From the NCBI GenBank assembly GCA_001771535.1, contig MEUB01000007.1, positions 1,386 through 65,385 on the forward strand: a DNA stretch of 64,000 bases. The letters run 5' to 3'. The position numbers and the translations under genes were made by a program. Below, one piece after another: positions 9,480 through 18,736 of this stretch. Source of the stretch: a candidate division WOR-1 bacterium RIFOXYB2_FULL_37_13. GTDB lineage: Bacteria > Margulisbacteria > WOR-1 > XYC2-FULL-46-14 > XYC2-FULL-37-10. The number at the start of each line of letters is the position of its first letter. Position 1 is the stretch's first letter. Under the pieces are notes generated by a model. That model worked only from the letters and a program-made list of their open reading frames with translations, searched no databases and was not told the DNA's origin.

Positions 9480-9665
9480 TATGTAGTATTATACGCTTTT
9501 AGCTTATATCGAGATAGTACAAAACACGGCACGCGTTAGAAATTTTTGTGCTCAATTCATCAGGGGTGTCCTAAGTCAGGAAATATGTAACCCTAAAATG
9601 TGGAATTCATCTTTTTGTAGGCATTCCTGTAGTTTTGAAAGTAAAAAAGCGTTTAAGCGTAGATG

Positions 9666-9890
9666 CTATACCGGCTGTGGTTCCGTGAGTAAATTCTTTT
9701 TTTCAATCAATTCTTTTCGTCGTTCAATAATTTTTTTGGTGACATTATTTTCAGGAATTTCATATACAACAATAGAATCTTTGTTGTACAGATTCATCGA
9801 TTTACATTTTGGACACTTAATTTCTACGTTGCTCCCCTCTCCAACCTTTGCCAATAACCTATTGCAAAAGCTGCACCTAAATTCTTTCAT
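9666..9890 (-). CDS. com: Com-family zinc-finger protein (phage Mu Com-like)
   Basis: MKEFRCSFCNRLLAKVGEGSNVEIKCPKCKSMN parallels Mu Com (RCxxCNKLL..EIxCPxCK). RBS AGGAGAGGTGA upstream. Same strand as the R-M gene and immediately upstream of it. Confidence 0.7.
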   Translation of the reverse strand: MKEFRCSFCNRLLAKVGEGSNVEIKCPKCKSMNLYNKDSIVVYEIPENNVTKKIIERRKELIEKKNLLTEPQPV

Positions 9891-10011
9891 AAAACCTTAT
9901 CACCTCTCCTAAAAATATAAATACTCAATAACTTTCACCCTATCAATACAACAGGATACCACAAAATAAAGCGCCTGTCCATGTATTTTTTACTGCTCTT
10001 TTGCTGTTTTT

Positions 10012-10039
10012 TTATCGTGCATATTTATATGAAATTTCA
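10012..10039 (-). promoter_or_regulatory. TGAAAT-N14-CACGATAA bipartite promoter-like motif upstream of the com/R-M operon
   Basis: Minus strand reads TGAAATTTCATATAAATATGCACGATAA, 122 nt upstream of the com ATG. Confidence 0.4.
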
Positions 10040-10106
10040 ATCTATTTTACAAGGCTCATCATTCTCTCACCTTAAAAACAATTTGAGTTTTATATCAGCC
10101 CTAACT

Positions 10107-10724
10107 TTAAGACTTTCTGATGACAACAAGAGATCTTGTAATCCCACCAACTGAAACTTTTTTTATTCCCTTTAATGTGGCATTAAATTTCTCCATCTGC
10201 AACTTGGCTTCCTTGAGCTCTTGTTCTACTACATCTTGTTTTTGAGCAATAAAAAAACCACCCTGTCTCAAAAAAGGAAGAGTGTAACCTAAAAGTTTTG
10301 ATAATTTTGCAACTGCTCTCGCTAATACAACATCAAAATGCTCTTTGTAGCCTGTTTTTTTTACAAGCTCTTCAGCTCTTCCCCAAACAGCGGTAACATT
10401 TTCAAGTTTTAGAATTTTTATAACATGATTCAAAAAATCTACTTTCTTGCGGGTAGAATCGATCAGAGTAAGTTTAATGTCAGGCCTTACTATTTTAAGA
10501 GGAATTCCAGGAAATCCCGCGCCAGTCCCCACATCAACAACATTTTGAGCCTTCAAATCAATAGCTTCTAAAATAGACAGAGAATCTTCAAAATGGCGGA
10601 TTCTTATCTCTTTTGGCTCTTTGACCGCCGTCAAATTAAACTTTTCGTTCCATGAAATTAATTCTTCAAGATACCTATCAAATTTTTCTTTCTCATTGGA
10701 TATTGGACATTGGACGTTGGACAT
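10107..10724 (-). CDS. rsmG: 16S rRNA (guanine527-N7)-methyltransferase
   Basis: WNEKFNLTAV and the SAM motif VVDVGTGAGFPGIPLKI are typical of RsmG/GidB. The first 10 codons are the TGTCCAA-type heptamer repeat. Confidence 0.9.
   Translation of the reverse strand: MSNVQCPISNEKEKFDRYLEELISWNEKFNLTAVKEPKEIRIRHFEDSLSILEAIDLKAQNVVDVGTGAGFPGIPLKIVRPDIKLTLIDSTRKKVDFLNHVIKILKLENVTAVWGRAEELVKKTGYKEHFDVVLARAVAKLSKLLGYTLPFLRQGGFFIAQKQDVVEQELKEAKLQMEKFNATLKGIKKVSVGGITRSLVVIRKS
10693..10724 (-). repeat. Imperfect heptamer tandem repeat (TGTCCAA-like x4) encoding MSNVQCPISN
   Basis: ATGTCCAACGTCCAATGTCCAATATCCAATG. The same 32-mer with 2 mismatches lies inside argC at 27296-27326. Confidence 0.9.
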
Positions 10725-10726
10725 TT

Positions 10727-12391
10727 CTAAAAGGCTTGCCCAATGCTAAAATGCAATATCCCCTGACTGGTATCTTTTCCAGAACCTACCCCATAATCCA
10801 ACCTAATAGGTCCTAAAGGAGTATTAAACCTAATACCCGGACCCCAGCCGGAAATAAAGTCAGACGGAACAGGCGCCCCACCATCCCACGCATTTCCCCA
10901 ATCATAGAAAAAGACACCTTGGAATGTTTCATTAAAAGTATAACGATACTCAAGGTTGCAAATAATCTTTTTTACCCCCCTGCGCATTTCATCTATCGAA
11001 AACCCTCGCACGGTATTTGGTCCTCCAGCCCAATAAAGCTCTCCAATAGGCACATCTCCAAAACCAATTCCGGAGCTGGCATGTCCGGCAAGCACCTGTT
11101 TTTCTGCCAATGGAATAAATGAATTAAAATCAAGCCCCAATTTTAAATAATTTGTCTGGATGTTTGTATACTTCCAGCCTTGTTTAATAGAAAAAACATT
11201 GTATACTCCTTTTGTAGGATTCATCCAATAATCTCTGGTATCAACAGATAAGGAATAGCCGACATAATTTGATGTGTAGGCCTCAAATGTAGCGTCATTT
11301 CTGGGTTCTACTCTTTCTGAGCCAAATGATATGCTGCTTCCCAGGTTTTCTTTTATCGTACGCCCAAACGCCATATCCCATCCTACATGCCATTCATCTT
11401 GTTGGGTAATATAAACATCTGTACCCATCGTATTCCAGAATTTAAGGGTATAAGAAGTTCGAGGCCCAAGTTTTTCAGGCCAAAACCATGGATTGGTATA
11501 TTTAAACTGATAAGTTGTAAGTTCCTGGCCGAATTGCCCTCTTATCAAAAGCCCCTGCGCGGTTCCCATTAAATTGTTTATGGATAAATCAGTAAAACCA
11601 AACCATCCCTCTTTCTCTCCATAACCACCGCCAAAATTAACGGTGTTTGACCTGGTTTCTTTTATTTTTAATACTAAAATAATTTTATCACTTGAAGAGC
11701 CGGGCTCAAACGCGGGAATAACCTCTGAAAAAAAACCGAGATTAAATATTCGTCTTAAATCTTTCCCTAAAACTTCTTCATTAAAAACTTTCCCCTGCTT
11801 AGTATCCATTTCCCGTAAAATCACATAGTCCAAAGTGCTTTCATTGCCTTCCAATGAAACACCTTCCACTATCCCCTCTATAATTTCAACCTTTACATCT
11901 CCTTTATCATGTTCAGCATCAACAATCCGGGCTAAAATATAACCACTATCTTTATATTTTGAGTTAACAGCGTTAATCCCCTCACGCAAGTCTTTATAAT
12001 TAAAAACCTCTCCGGTATTAAGCCCCATAGTTTTTATGATTTCAGATGTTGAATAAACCGTATTGCCTTTTATGGAAATATGATTCAAAATCGGATTTTC
12101 AGTAACTTTATAAATAACTTTTGACCCGTCAGAATATGGCGCAAACGCGACTTGTACATCATCAAAATAACCTAAAGCATATATGGCTTTAAGGTCATTT
12201 TGTATTTTTTCTTCATCTATGTTTTCTCCGACTTTACTAAAAACAGCTCCAAGGATTGGTTGGACTCCTATGTGAGCATTTCCCGAAACGTCAAAAGCAG
12301 TGATCTTGGCCGGAACATCTTTTTTGACAGCGTAAGATACCCCAACAAACAACGATAATATTAAAACAACCATCAATAAAACTTTCTTCAT
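10727..12391 (-). CDS. bamA: Omp85-family outer membrane protein assembly factor
   Basis: Signal peptide MKKVLLMVVLILSLFVGVSYA, POTRA-like repeats, C-terminal beta-barrel ending ..HFSIGQAF. Confidence 0.85.
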   Translation of the reverse strand: MKKVLLMVVLILSLFVGVSYAVKKDVPAKITAFDVSGNAHIGVQPILGAVFSKVGENIDEEKIQNDLKAIYALGYFDDVQVAFAPYSDGSKVIYKVTENPILNHISIKGNTVYSTSEIIKTMGLNTGEVFNYKDLREGINAVNSKYKDSGYILARIVDAEHDKGDVKVEIIEGIVEGVSLEGNESTLDYVILREMDTKQGKVFNEEVLGKDLRRIFNLGFFSEVIPAFEPGSSSDKIILVLKIKETRSNTVNFGGGYGEKEGWFGFTDLSINNLMGTAQGLLIRGQFGQELTTYQFKYTNPWFWPEKLGPRTSYTLKFWNTMGTDVYITQQDEWHVGWDMAFGRTIKENLGSSISFGSERVEPRNDATFEAYTSNYVGYSLSVDTRDYWMNPTKGVYNVFSIKQGWKYTNIQTNYLKLGLDFNSFIPLAEKQVLAGHASSGIGFGDVPIGELYWAGGPNTVRGFSIDEMRRGVKKIICNLEYRYTFNETFQGVFFYDWGNAWDGGAPVPSDFISGWGPGIRFNTPLGPIRLDYGVGSGKDTSQGILHFSIGQAF

Positions 12392-12451
12392 TTTTTTCTC
12401 CTTATTTATCAGCTATTCCTAATTTTAAAATAACAGACCAAAGCCCAAAGG

Positions 12452-15400
12452 TTAAAAACCAAAGGTTGCTTTAAGGCTTGTTTTAGAAAATCCGCTTATA
12501 GGCTCATTTATGCTCAATGGTTCTCTATAATACGAAAAAGAGAACACCTGTGTCAATCTATATGTGAGTTGATAATTAAAATATTCCGTGCTGCTTTGAT
12601 TCCCCGAATCTTCAAATCTTGCATATTTTATATCTATATAAAAACGATCAAACATTTCTTTCACAAAACCAACGCCAAGAGACTGAGTTTGCGCCTGACT
12701 GGTATCCTTGGCCCCTAAAGCTTTTCTCAAATCTTTACCAAAATTATACTCCAAGGTTAAACTCTCCAGGCCCAGCACTTGTTCAAGCTGGCGCTCAATG
12801 CCTCGAAAAACAACAGTCTGCAAACGGCTATTTAAATAATCCGCGACAACAGCGTTTGTTTCAACATTTGAAAGACTTTCATTGTTTAAGCCCATGGCAG
12901 ATTTTACAAAATCCGGCAATAAAAGCGCCCTTATCTCGTCTTTTGAATAAGCTGTCCGCTTGTAAGAGGAAGGAACGGTTGTAACATCCTCCTGAAAAGC
13001 GTCAAGATCAACATTTAACGCCTTATTTTTATCTTTGGAAAATGGGATTCCTGTAATGTGAGAAACAACTACAACTTCTTTTTTAACCGGCTCCGCCAAT
13101 ACCTCTAGCGGGGCAATAGAAGAAGCCTTCTTGGCCGTGGTATCTTCTACTTTAACCAACGCAAATAGATTCAGGTCAGGAATAATCCTCCCGGAAAACT
13201 CAGCATAATTATTAGCCGTACTATCTATGTTTAAAGGATAAAAACTTTCTAGGCGAGATGAGCTTAACAAAGTAAACTCACGATTAAAAATGCTGACTGA
13301 GCCGCGTTTAAAATAAATTCTGCCGTAAACATTAGGCTCTGTTAAAAGACCTGAAGCCTTAATGCCTTGCCCATAAATTTCCATATTCAAAAATATATTG
13401 CTAAGGTCTATGGTATTTACATTCCCTGCCGTAAGATAAACATTCTTTGTGATATCTATGTCTAAGTCCAGCAATATCGGCAGTTTCGTCCCTTTCCCGC
13501 CTCCCATTGCCGTATTTGAAGAAGATGTTGGCAGGGATATAATGGAATCCATCATTGTTACACGTCCAATTAATTTTGGAGAGTCAAATACCCCAGAAAA
13601 AGCCATGTTATCCATAGAAAGATTTCCTCTATACACATTTGGGACGTTAATATAATATTTTCCATTAGACATACTCAAATTGAATTTTTTTTCTCCCCAA
13701 TCAACATATCCGCTAAAGGAAACAGGTTCAGAGGCAGCCTTATCTCCTCCGTACCAAGAGCCTGAAAGATTGTGGAGTATCGCTTTTTTGCCATTGGCGG
13801 TAATGCTGACATTCCCGCTTCCAACATCTCCATTTAAAGCCTTTATATGCCAAACTCCATTTTTTATTGAAAGATTTCCGTTGGCAGAAAAATCTCCTTC
13901 TTTAGCAAAAAGATTCAAGTTCCCCACGGCATCTCCTTCCATCCACTTAAATTCATCATTAAATAAGTTAACAAGCCCCAAAGAGTGCCCTTCCAGCGTA
14001 ATAGAAAGCTTCAAGCCGTCAGTTTTAACCATTCCCGATAAAGCAGAAATATGGTCTTTTTCCTCAACAGTAAACTCTTTAACCGTTAAAACCTTGTCAG
14101 CATAAGTCATGTATCCTTTTATTCCATCAAAACTGACATCAGCTAGTTTCACGTTAGAGGTTCCAAATGAAAGCGTAACAATAGGAGCCTTAGCTGTTCC
14201 CCTTATTTCTGATTTTGCGTTGAATTTTCCGATAAACTCTTTCTTTGACAGGAGCATTAAAACATCTACAGGCATATCTTTTGCCGCGACTTCAACGCTA
14301 ATTACCTGTGTTTTAAGGTCATAAAAACCGGAAGCTGCCGCAGCCCCCTCTGATTTTTTTAGTTCCGCTTTTTCCAGAGTAACGAAGCCCGAATTGATTT
14401 TTAAGGAAGAATTTAATTTATCAAAATCATAACCCTTATAACTTCCATTTTTTATCTCGGCTTGGACATCAAAGTTGGGAGCCAAAAGTTTTCCGGAAAT
14501 TTTAATATCAGACTTGATTTCGCCGTTTATTGCTTCTATTATAGGTGGTTCCTGCGACAGTTTATACTGCAAAAGGCTCTTATTTAGTTTATCCCATACG
14601 ACGCCTTCCTCCTCAACAGATCTATTTTTTTCAAAAAATTGCCCGTCAAACTTAGGGAGATCAAATTTTGCAACATTAACTTTTTTTACGGAGACATCGC
14701 GCGATCTTGAAAATTGGCCATATATTTTATATCCTCTCGATAAGAGCTTGATTATTTCATTAACATCCCCTTTCTTTAAAGAGAGCTTAATATCAACTTT
14801 ATTTTCATCAGGGTTTTCTCCAAAATAAATATCCCCCAAACAGGTTATTTCATTTTTTCCTGTTTGTAATTCCAAAGGCTGTACAAATCTGATTTTTTTG
14901 TTCTTTAAATCTATCTTCCCTTTCGCTTTGTCCAAAACAATATCATTAAAGCGCCCACCCTTAAAATCCATAAAAAGGCTGGCTTCCTGTCCTTCTTTTT
15001 TTTCAACCGCCTCAAATTCAAGAATGCCCTGCCCCTCTATAACACCGTATTTTTGAGTAAAAAACTGAATATCCTTTAGATCCAATTTAGCTTGTAGATT
15101 AGCCACAACCCCATAGCTGTCATCTTCTTTTGAATATTTTATGGATCCATAAACCTCAGAGCTTTCTGTTTTAATATAGGCGTAATTGATATTAAAATCG
15201 CCATCATCAACAAAAGCTTCCAAAGAAATCAGTTTTATATGAGTATTGTCTATTTTTGCCCCGCCGGAATTAACCTCTATAGAAACATTAAGGGCTAAAA
15301 CATCCTCAAAGCTTTTAACATTGGAAAGGAACCCGTTAACTTTCGCGTAGAAATCAACAGTTCCTTCAAGGCTTAAAGATTCTAAAGAAAAAAATTGTCT

Positions 15401-17173
15401 AATAATTCCTAAATCTTTTAGATATATCCCCTTCCCTAATACCATTAAATCAGTTTGAACTCCAACCCCCGTTTCTCCCGAAGCAAAAATTGTTGACTCC
15501 CCTTGTTGCAAAAACATTTTTCTTGCCTGAATTTTTCCATGAGACAAAGAAACTTCTCCTCCCCCCCGTTTTATAAGCTGCTTTCCAATAAATCCTTTTG
15601 AAATTTCAATGCTTCCTGAAGCTGTTAGATTTTTTAACGGGTTTTTCAAGAACTCATCATTTAAATTAAAAGCCAAATCACCAAAAAATTTATCAATCCG
15701 CAATCCCATGGGTCCAAGCGGCCCTGCGCCTGAAAGTTTCAAACCTTTTGCCTCGGCATGGAAAGAAAATTCTTTTTGGGGAGACATTTGCCCTTTTCCG
15801 ATAAATTCCGCAGTATCGGAAGCAAACTTAAGCTGTTCAAATTCAATGTATCCGTCTTTTAAACGAATATTCGCAGAAAACAGATTAAGAGGCTGCCCCC
15901 ACAAAGATGCTTTTCCTAAAACACCGGACAGAGTTCCCTTTAAATCGCTCAAGCTGCCTTTTATTCTAAAATCACCCGTCAAATATCCTTCAACTCCCGG
16001 AGCATTTTGTGTTATCGCCGGCAGATATACGTTATAAGTTTTTCCATTAATATTAAAAATCGGAGACTTCCCGCTTAAAGCTACTTCTCCATAAACATTG
16101 ATCCTTCCTTTATAAACTTTAATATCTGAACTTTCTATCTTTACCTTTTTATCGGCATAAGTAATTACTGAAGATCCGGAAATACCAGTCCCAAAAAAAG
16201 AACCATCCCGAACAACTATTATTGAACGGATTTTTGGGTTGCCATAATGTCCGCTAAGCAAAACATTGGCACTCACAAGACCTTCTGCTTCTAATGAAAC
16301 TTTGTTTTTAAGTAGTTTATTTATTTTATCGACATCGGCATCTTGAAAACTCAAAATCAAATCAAGATCTTTAAATATTCTTCCTTTGACAGCAACAGGA
16401 ATAGAATCAACAATCCCTTTCAGGTTCAGTGTCATATTTTTTGCGTCAGCTTCAAAATCAACATCTATCGAGCCGGAAGAAAAGTTCACTTCAGGGGCAA
16501 AATAATTAACCCAGGCTGCGGCGGAAAGTTGTTTGGCGGAAACTTTTATGTTATAGGATAGGTCGCCTCCGTCAAATGATCCAATAAGGCTTATCGGAGA
16601 TTTTTTTTCATTAATCCCTTTAATATTAAATTCCATCTTAGGAGCTTTTGCAAAGTTTATTTCCCCTTTAACCTTTTCCAGTTTTGACAATATTTTCTGT
16701 TTTTTATAAGGCATTCCGGCCTTGTCTTCATAAACAACGTCAACCCCACTCAAAATTATTTTTGCTGTCAACGGGGGACTTTCATCTTCTCCCTTTTTTA
16801 ATATGTCAGAAATAACAAAACGGCCTTTTTTATCGCGGAGGATATAAAGGCGGCCTTTTTGAACAGTCAGTTTCGTAATGGCAGGAACTATATTCCCCTT
16901 GTTTGCAATAAACTTAATCGGGTTAAATTCCACTTTCAGGCTTTCAAGATGAACCTCATCGCCAATTGACACCCCTTCAAGCAAAACTTCTCCGATAATT
17001 CTTCCTGAAATTTTTTTGATTTTGACCTTACGGTTAAACGAGGCTTCCAGTCCTTTTGTCGTCTGTTCTTTTATGTTGGCGTAAAGGTCGTCAACAAAGG
17101 GCAAGGCAAAAGACGGTACTGCCAAAGCAGAAAAAAACACCATTATAAAAAATAAAATTTTAAGTTTTTGCAT
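12452..17173 (-). CDS. tamB: TamB/AsmA-like translocation and assembly module protein (DUF490 C-terminus)
   Basis: 1573 aa with an N-terminal signal anchor, long beta-rich repetitive body and a DUF490-like C-terminus (..YNFGKDLRK..QLTYRLTQVFSFSYYRE). Immediately upstream of bamA. Confidence 0.75.
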   Translation of the reverse strand: MQKLKILFFIMVFFSALAVPSFALPFVDDLYANIKEQTTKGLEASFNRKVKIKKISGRIIGEVLLEGVSIGDEVHLESLKVEFNPIKFIANKGNIVPAITKLTVQKGRLYILRDKKGRFVISDILKKGEDESPPLTAKIILSGVDVVYEDKAGMPYKKQKILSKLEKVKGEINFAKAPKMEFNIKGINEKKSPISLIGSFDGGDLSYNIKVSAKQLSAAAWVNYFAPEVNFSSGSIDVDFEADAKNMTLNLKGIVDSIPVAVKGRIFKDLDLILSFQDADVDKINKLLKNKVSLEAEGLVSANVLLSGHYGNPKIRSIIVVRDGSFFGTGISGSSVITYADKKVKIESSDIKVYKGRINVYGEVALSGKSPIFNINGKTYNVYLPAITQNAPGVEGYLTGDFRIKGSLSDLKGTLSGVLGKASLWGQPLNLFSANIRLKDGYIEFEQLKFASDTAEFIGKGQMSPQKEFSFHAEAKGLKLSGAGPLGPMGLRIDKFFGDLAFNLNDEFLKNPLKNLTASGSIEISKGFIGKQLIKRGGGEVSLSHGKIQARKMFLQQGESTIFASGETGVGVQTDLMVLGKGIYLKDLGIIRQFFSLESLSLEGTVDFYAKVNGFLSNVKSFEDVLALNVSIEVNSGGAKIDNTHIKLISLEAFVDDGDFNINYAYIKTESSEVYGSIKYSKEDDSYGVVANLQAKLDLKDIQFFTQKYGVIEGQGILEFEAVEKKEGQEASLFMDFKGGRFNDIVLDKAKGKIDLKNKKIRFVQPLELQTGKNEITCLGDIYFGENPDENKVDIKLSLKKGDVNEIIKLLSRGYKIYGQFSRSRDVSVKKVNVAKFDLPKFDGQFFEKNRSVEEEGVVWDKLNKSLLQYKLSQEPPIIEAINGEIKSDIKISGKLLAPNFDVQAEIKNGSYKGYDFDKLNSSLKINSGFVTLEKAELKKSEGAAAASGFYDLKTQVISVEVAAKDMPVDVLMLLSKKEFIGKFNAKSEIRGTAKAPIVTLSFGTSNVKLADVSFDGIKGYMTYADKVLTVKEFTVEEKDHISALSGMVKTDGLKLSITLEGHSLGLVNLFNDEFKWMEGDAVGNLNLFAKEGDFSANGNLSIKNGVWHIKALNGDVGSGNVSITANGKKAILHNLSGSWYGGDKAASEPVSFSGYVDWGEKKFNLSMSNGKYYINVPNVYRGNLSMDNMAFSGVFDSPKLIGRVTMMDSIISLPTSSSNTAMGGGKGTKLPILLDLDIDITKNVYLTAGNVNTIDLSNIFLNMEIYGQGIKASGLLTEPNVYGRIYFKRGSVSIFNREFTLLSSSRLESFYPLNIDSTANNYAEFSGRIIPDLNLFALVKVEDTTAKKASSIAPLEVLAEPVKKEVVVVSHITGIPFSKDKNKALNVDLDAFQEDVTTVPSSYKRTAYSKDEIRALLLPDFVKSAMGLNNESLSNVETNAVVADYLNSRLQTVVFRGIERQLEQVLGLESLTLEYNFGKDLRKALGAKDTSQAQTQSLGVGFVKEMFDRFYIDIKYARFEDSGNQSSTEYFNYQLTYRLTQVFSFSYYREPLSINEPISGFSKTSLKATFGF

Positions 17174-17239
17174 ATATTATTTTATGAAATATATTCGACA
17201 AATAATTATATATTTTAAAGATTATATAAGCAAGGAAGG

Positions 17240-18130
17240 TTATTGTTTTGCTCTTGGATGGGCGGAATCATACACTGCTTTCATTCTTTCTTTTGTAATG
17301 TGAGTATATACTTGAGTAGTTGAAAGAGAAGAGTGCCCCAAAAGCTCCTGGACTCCGCGCAAATCAGCCCCATTATCAAGCAGGTGTGTCGCAAATGAAT
17401 GGCGAAGGGTATGCGGCGTTACCTTTTTTTCTATGCCCGCGGCTTTAACCCATTTTTTAAGTATCCGCTCAATGCTTCTTTGTGTTAACCGCCCCCCCCT
17501 ACTCCCCAAAAAAACCGCCCTCGTATCGTCATCAATCAATTTATTTCGTCCATAACTTATATATGCTTTTAACGCGGCAACAGCCTTAGTTCCAATTAAT
17601 ACAATCCTCTCCTTAGAACCCTTGCCCAATACTCTGACTTCATAAGAAGCCAAATCAAGATCGCTTATATTTAATTTAACAACTTCACTTACGCGAATCC
17701 CGCTTCCATAAAGCAACTCAATAATAGCCTTATCCCTAAGGTCAAAAGGAGAGCTTCCTTTTAATGACAAAAAAAGCTTATCAATTTCATTTTTATATAA
17801 AAAGTTGGGAAGTTTCTTTTCCAGCTTCGGGGTAGTTAATAAGATAAAAGGATTTTCTTTCGCAAGCTTCTCTCTTAAAAGCCATGAATAAAAAGAGCGG
17901 CAGGCAGAAATTTTCCTAGCTAGAGACCTTCTTTTAAATTTTCGACCCTCAAGATAATAAAGAAACCCTTTAGCCTCGTTACGGGTTAAGGTCAATAAGG
18001 ACTTATCATTTAAAAAGCTTAAAAGATCATGCAAATCAATGCTGTAGCTTTTTATTGTATGCGGAGAAAAATTTCTCTCTGTTTTCAATGAATTTAAAAA
18101 ATCAGATACAAGCTTTATATCAGAGCCCAT
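17240..18130 (-). CDS. xerC: Tyrosine site-specific recombinase XerC/XerD
   Basis: HTLRHSFATHLLDNGADLRGVQELLGHSSLSTTQVYTHI contains the R-H-R-Y catalytic motifs. An N-terminal SAM-like core-binding domain is present. Confidence 0.9.
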   Translation of the reverse strand: MGSDIKLVSDFLNSLKTERNFSPHTIKSYSIDLHDLLSFLNDKSLLTLTRNEAKGFLYYLEGRKFKRRSLARKISACRSFYSWLLREKLAKENPFILLTTPKLEKKLPNFLYKNEIDKLFLSLKGSSPFDLRDKAIIELLYGSGIRVSEVVKLNISDLDLASYEVRVLGKGSKERIVLIGTKAVAALKAYISYGRNKLIDDDTRAVFLGSRGGRLTQRSIERILKKWVKAAGIEKKVTPHTLRHSFATHLLDNGADLRGVQELLGHSSLSTTQVYTHITKERMKAVYDSAHPRAKQ

Positions 18131-18548
18131 ATTGTCTGCGTTTATCGGCGCTTAAAGGAAAATAACTTTCGCCTTCTTTGATCCAAGCCTCTTTTTTATC
18201 TTCCGGCCGCGTATCAATGTGGATAAAATTATTTTTTGGATAAAAACCTATACCGTTGATTCCGGGGATTGTTTCCGCATATTTAAAAAGTTCCTTAATA
18301 TCTACTCCGTCAATTGCTATGTGAACAGCTTTCCCCATAGGATGGTAGCTGCGGTGATTTTTTTTCAAGCTTTCGTAATACTGGTCGCACCAATAAGCGG
18401 AAAAAATTTTGACCTGTTTTTTAAAATGCTCGGCAATCATCTCCAGTATCCCAACAAGCCCCAAATGAAGGCGGAAATCTTCTCTTTTACAAACATTACA
18501 TTTGCATCTAAAATCTTCTTCAAAAAAATGGTCTGATAGTTTTTTCAT
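18120..18548 (-). CDS. Peptidase M15A / YcbK-like zinc D-Ala-D-Ala carboxypeptidase family protein
   Basis: Pattern SAYWC..YY..SYHPMGKAVHIAI..IHIDTR resembles the H-x-D/H zinc site of the M15A (DUF882) family. Overlaps the xerC start. Confidence 0.6.
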   Translation of the reverse strand: MKKLSDHFFEEDFRCKCNVCKREDFRLHLGLVGILEMIAEHFKKQVKIFSAYWCDQYYESLKKNHRSYHPMGKAVHIAIDGVDIKELFKYAETIPGINGIGFYPKNNFIHIDTRPEDKKEAWIKEGESYFPLSADKRRQYGL

Positions 18549-18669
18549 AATTATATTATGCGCCTGCTAAAAACATATTATACCCTGATTTTTGATTGAA
18601 ACCAAATTTTGAACAATACCCCCATTAGCCTGCAATATAAATTTTCTTTGCTCTTTTGCAATAAATAAG

Positions 18670-18697
18670 TGAAATTTCGTTTTCTTTTATTCGATAA
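18670..18697 (+). promoter_or_regulatory. TGAAAT-N14-TTCGATAA bipartite promoter-like motif
   Basis: TGAAATTTCGTTTTCTTTTATTCGATAA, 40 nt upstream of the ATG at 18737. Confidence 0.45.
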
Positions 18698-18736
18698 TAA
18701 TGTAGAATATAATCATACATGGGAGGAATAATTTTT

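Noticed and set aside
9891-10106. Direct repeat of the tRNA(CAU) 3' end marking the distal island border
   Set aside because: I could not find any copy of GGTTCGAATCCTATAGGGCCCA near the rsmG-proximal border. The island boundary is inferred only from gene content.
17240-18130. XerC-like recombinase as the integrase of the defence island or the tRNA-Val mosaic
   Set aside because: It is separated from both by housekeeping genes (7 kb and over 37 kb) and has the canonical chromosomal Xer motif set. No att-like repeat is adjacent.
18142-18175. GCCGATAA with upstream GAAAGTT on the minus strand as an internal promoter for xerC
   Set aside because: The -10 half is perfect for sigma-28, but the spacing to GAAA is 17 nt rather than 15 and it lies inside the M15 peptidase gene. 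It is kept only as a weak possibility.
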